From Methanobacteriota archaeon (GTDB taxonomy: Archaea; Thermoplasmatota; Thermoplasmata; SG8-5; JAGLSY01), in assembly GCA_020697715.1 (NCBI GenBank), contig JAEHCO010000001.1:98394-162393 (forward strand): a stretch of DNA of 64,000 nt, given 5' to 3'. The position numbers and the translations under genes are program-made. The notes under the pieces were generated by a model. That model did not search any database. It was not told the origin of the DNA and worked only from the letters and a program-made list of their open reading frames with translations. This document shows positions 63,012 to 64,000 of the stretch, in pieces (positions within the stretch are counted from its first letter, which is position 1; every line of letters begins with the position of its first letter).

Positions 63012-64000
63012 CTATTTCATGGGAATTGTGCCCGCGACCTGTTCCAATATATCCATGCCCTTCTCGATGTTCTCAATCGTATTAGCATACGAGAACCTGA
63101 GATGGCCTTCTCCACCGCTGCCAAAGGCAGACCCGGGAGCGCATATCATTCCAGCCTCCAGAAGCTTCATCGCGAAATCCATGCCCAGTATATCATGATC
63201 GAAGGATGGGAAAGCGTAGAAAGCTCCATTGGGCTTCAAGCACGTGAAGCCGTCGATCTTGTTGATACGATCGACGATGACATCTCGCCTTTTCCTGAGT
63301 ATGTTCACTCTCTCATCGATCTTATTGTCAGGTGCTTCCATCGCCTTCTGGCAAGCATATTGCAATGGAGTTGGTGGGCATGCGATATTGTAATATTGAA
63401 TTTTGGAAAGGTCCTTGATCAGTTCCTCGGAAGAGGCCATGTATCCCACCCTCCAGCCGGTCATGGCGAAGGATTTTGAGAAGGAGTTTATGTAAACCAC
63501 ATTGTCATAATCCCCATTGAGGAAAGAATAATGTTTGCCATCATAGACTATTTTGTCATACACCTCATCTGATATTATTACGAGATCATGATCGATGGCT
63601 ATGTCCCTGATCGCCCGAATGGTGTCCTTGTCTATGACCCCGGATGTTGGGTTATTGGGAGTATTGAGAATGATGGCCTTGGTCCTGGTGTTTATGAGCT
63701 CCAGTATCTCATCTGGCTGTGGAACAAAAGCATGCTCCTGCTTGAGCGAGTATTTCACTGGGAAAGCACCGCACATGATAGCGTGGGGTGAGTAAAGCAC
63801 GAAGCCAGGATCCGGGATAAGTATCTCATCACCATGGTCAAAGAGTGCCATCGCGGACACCAAAAGTCCCTGGGTGGCACCTGCGGTGATCATCACGTTC
63901 TCACGGGTGACATCTTTTCTATTTATGTGAAGGCTTTCGGCTATGGAATCTCTTAGTTCCGGCATGCCCTTGGTCGGGCCATAGCCATTATGTCCCTCAT
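63012..64000 (-). CDS. class I pyridoxal-phosphate-dependent aminotransferase (aspartate aminotransferase family), 5' end beyond window
   Basis: NTPNNPTSGV motif, PLP-Lys motif SFSKSFAMTGWRVGY, and the N-terminal region ..GYGPTKGMPELRDSIA continuing past position 64000. Confidence 0.8.
   Translation of the reverse strand, partial: EGHNGYGPTKGMPELRDSIAESLHINRKDVTRENVMITAGATQGLLVSAMALFDHGDEILIPDPGFVLYSPHAIMCGAFPVKYSLKQEHAFVPQPDEILELINTRTKAIILNTPNNPTSGVIDKDTIRAIRDIAIDHDLVIISDEVYDKIVYDGKHYSFLNGDYDNVVYINSFSKSFAMTGWRVGYMASSEELIKDLSKIQYYNIACPPTPLQYACQKAMEAPDNKIDERVNILRKRRDVIVDRINKIDGFTCLKPNGAFYAFPSFDHDILGMDFAMKLLEAGMICAPGSAFGSGGEGHLRFSYANTIENIEKGMDILEQVAGTIPMK

Overview
This 64-kb window reads as an archaeal chromosomal segment (about 45% GC), judged from gene content alone: aCPSF1/FttA, PriL, proteasome beta, fibrillarin, AglH-type GlcNAc-1-P transferase, L19e/L32e/S4e, SUI1 and Rpp29. 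Phylum is not determinable without searches; a Thermoplasmatota-like euryarchaeon is a guess. The window holds several neighbourhoods. (1) 1-11.4 kb: two GT4 glycosyltransferases, an AK6-like NTPase overlapping a CDP-alcohol phosphatidyltransferase, PriL, aCPSF1, proteasome beta, a JAMM/MPN+ protease, NAD kinase overlapping an IMPase-family phosphatase, two small unknown proteins, a wHTH regulator and fibrillarin. (2) 11.4-22.3 kb: a cell-surface and N-glycosylation island. It contains an 827-aa secreted protein with duplicated Ig-like domains, a 2321-aa giant sequon-dense surface protein with six tandem ~95-aa repeats, a PKD domain, one C-terminal TM helix and a cytoplasmic tail domain, and an AglH-like GlcNAc-1-P transferase. 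(3) 22.3-34.6 kb: a tandem-domain ThyX-like protein, TraB-family, HAD/SerB-like, PIMT, a 781-aa coiled-coil protein ending in a KaiC/RecA-like pseudo-ATPase whose Zn-ribbon N-terminus appears frameshifted off the annotated start, a transglutaminase-like membrane protein, AsnRS-like class IIb aaRS, MscS, an archaeosortase-like membrane protein, and a membrane-tethered wHTH regulator with an acidic extracellular domain. (4) tRNA-Ala(GGC), then an overlapping operon of ADP-forming acetyl-CoA synthetase (fused alpha/beta), a Pta-N-terminal (BioD-like/DRTGG) domain protein and a SAM methyltransferase, then PheS. (5) A 1.35-kb AT-rich gene-poor stretch, then the full L3-to-SecY ribosomal-protein supercluster on the minus strand (S10+spc, including SUI1, Rpp29 and a TTG-initiated S14). 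Several of these ribosomal proteins carry Lys/Ala/Pro-rich low-complexity tails. (6) An ArsC/LMW-PTP, tRNA-Glu(CTC) with a partial tandem copy of its 3' end, an EF-Tu-like protein with an eroded G domain, two tandem GNATs, an FAD-linked oxidase, a Zn-ribbon/TPR-like protein, an AT-rich surface-protein gene, a GC-rich hairpin-dense intergenic island and a partial class-I aminotransferase. No CRISPR array, IS element or rRNA was seen. All functional calls rest on motif recognition by eye; no database search was run.
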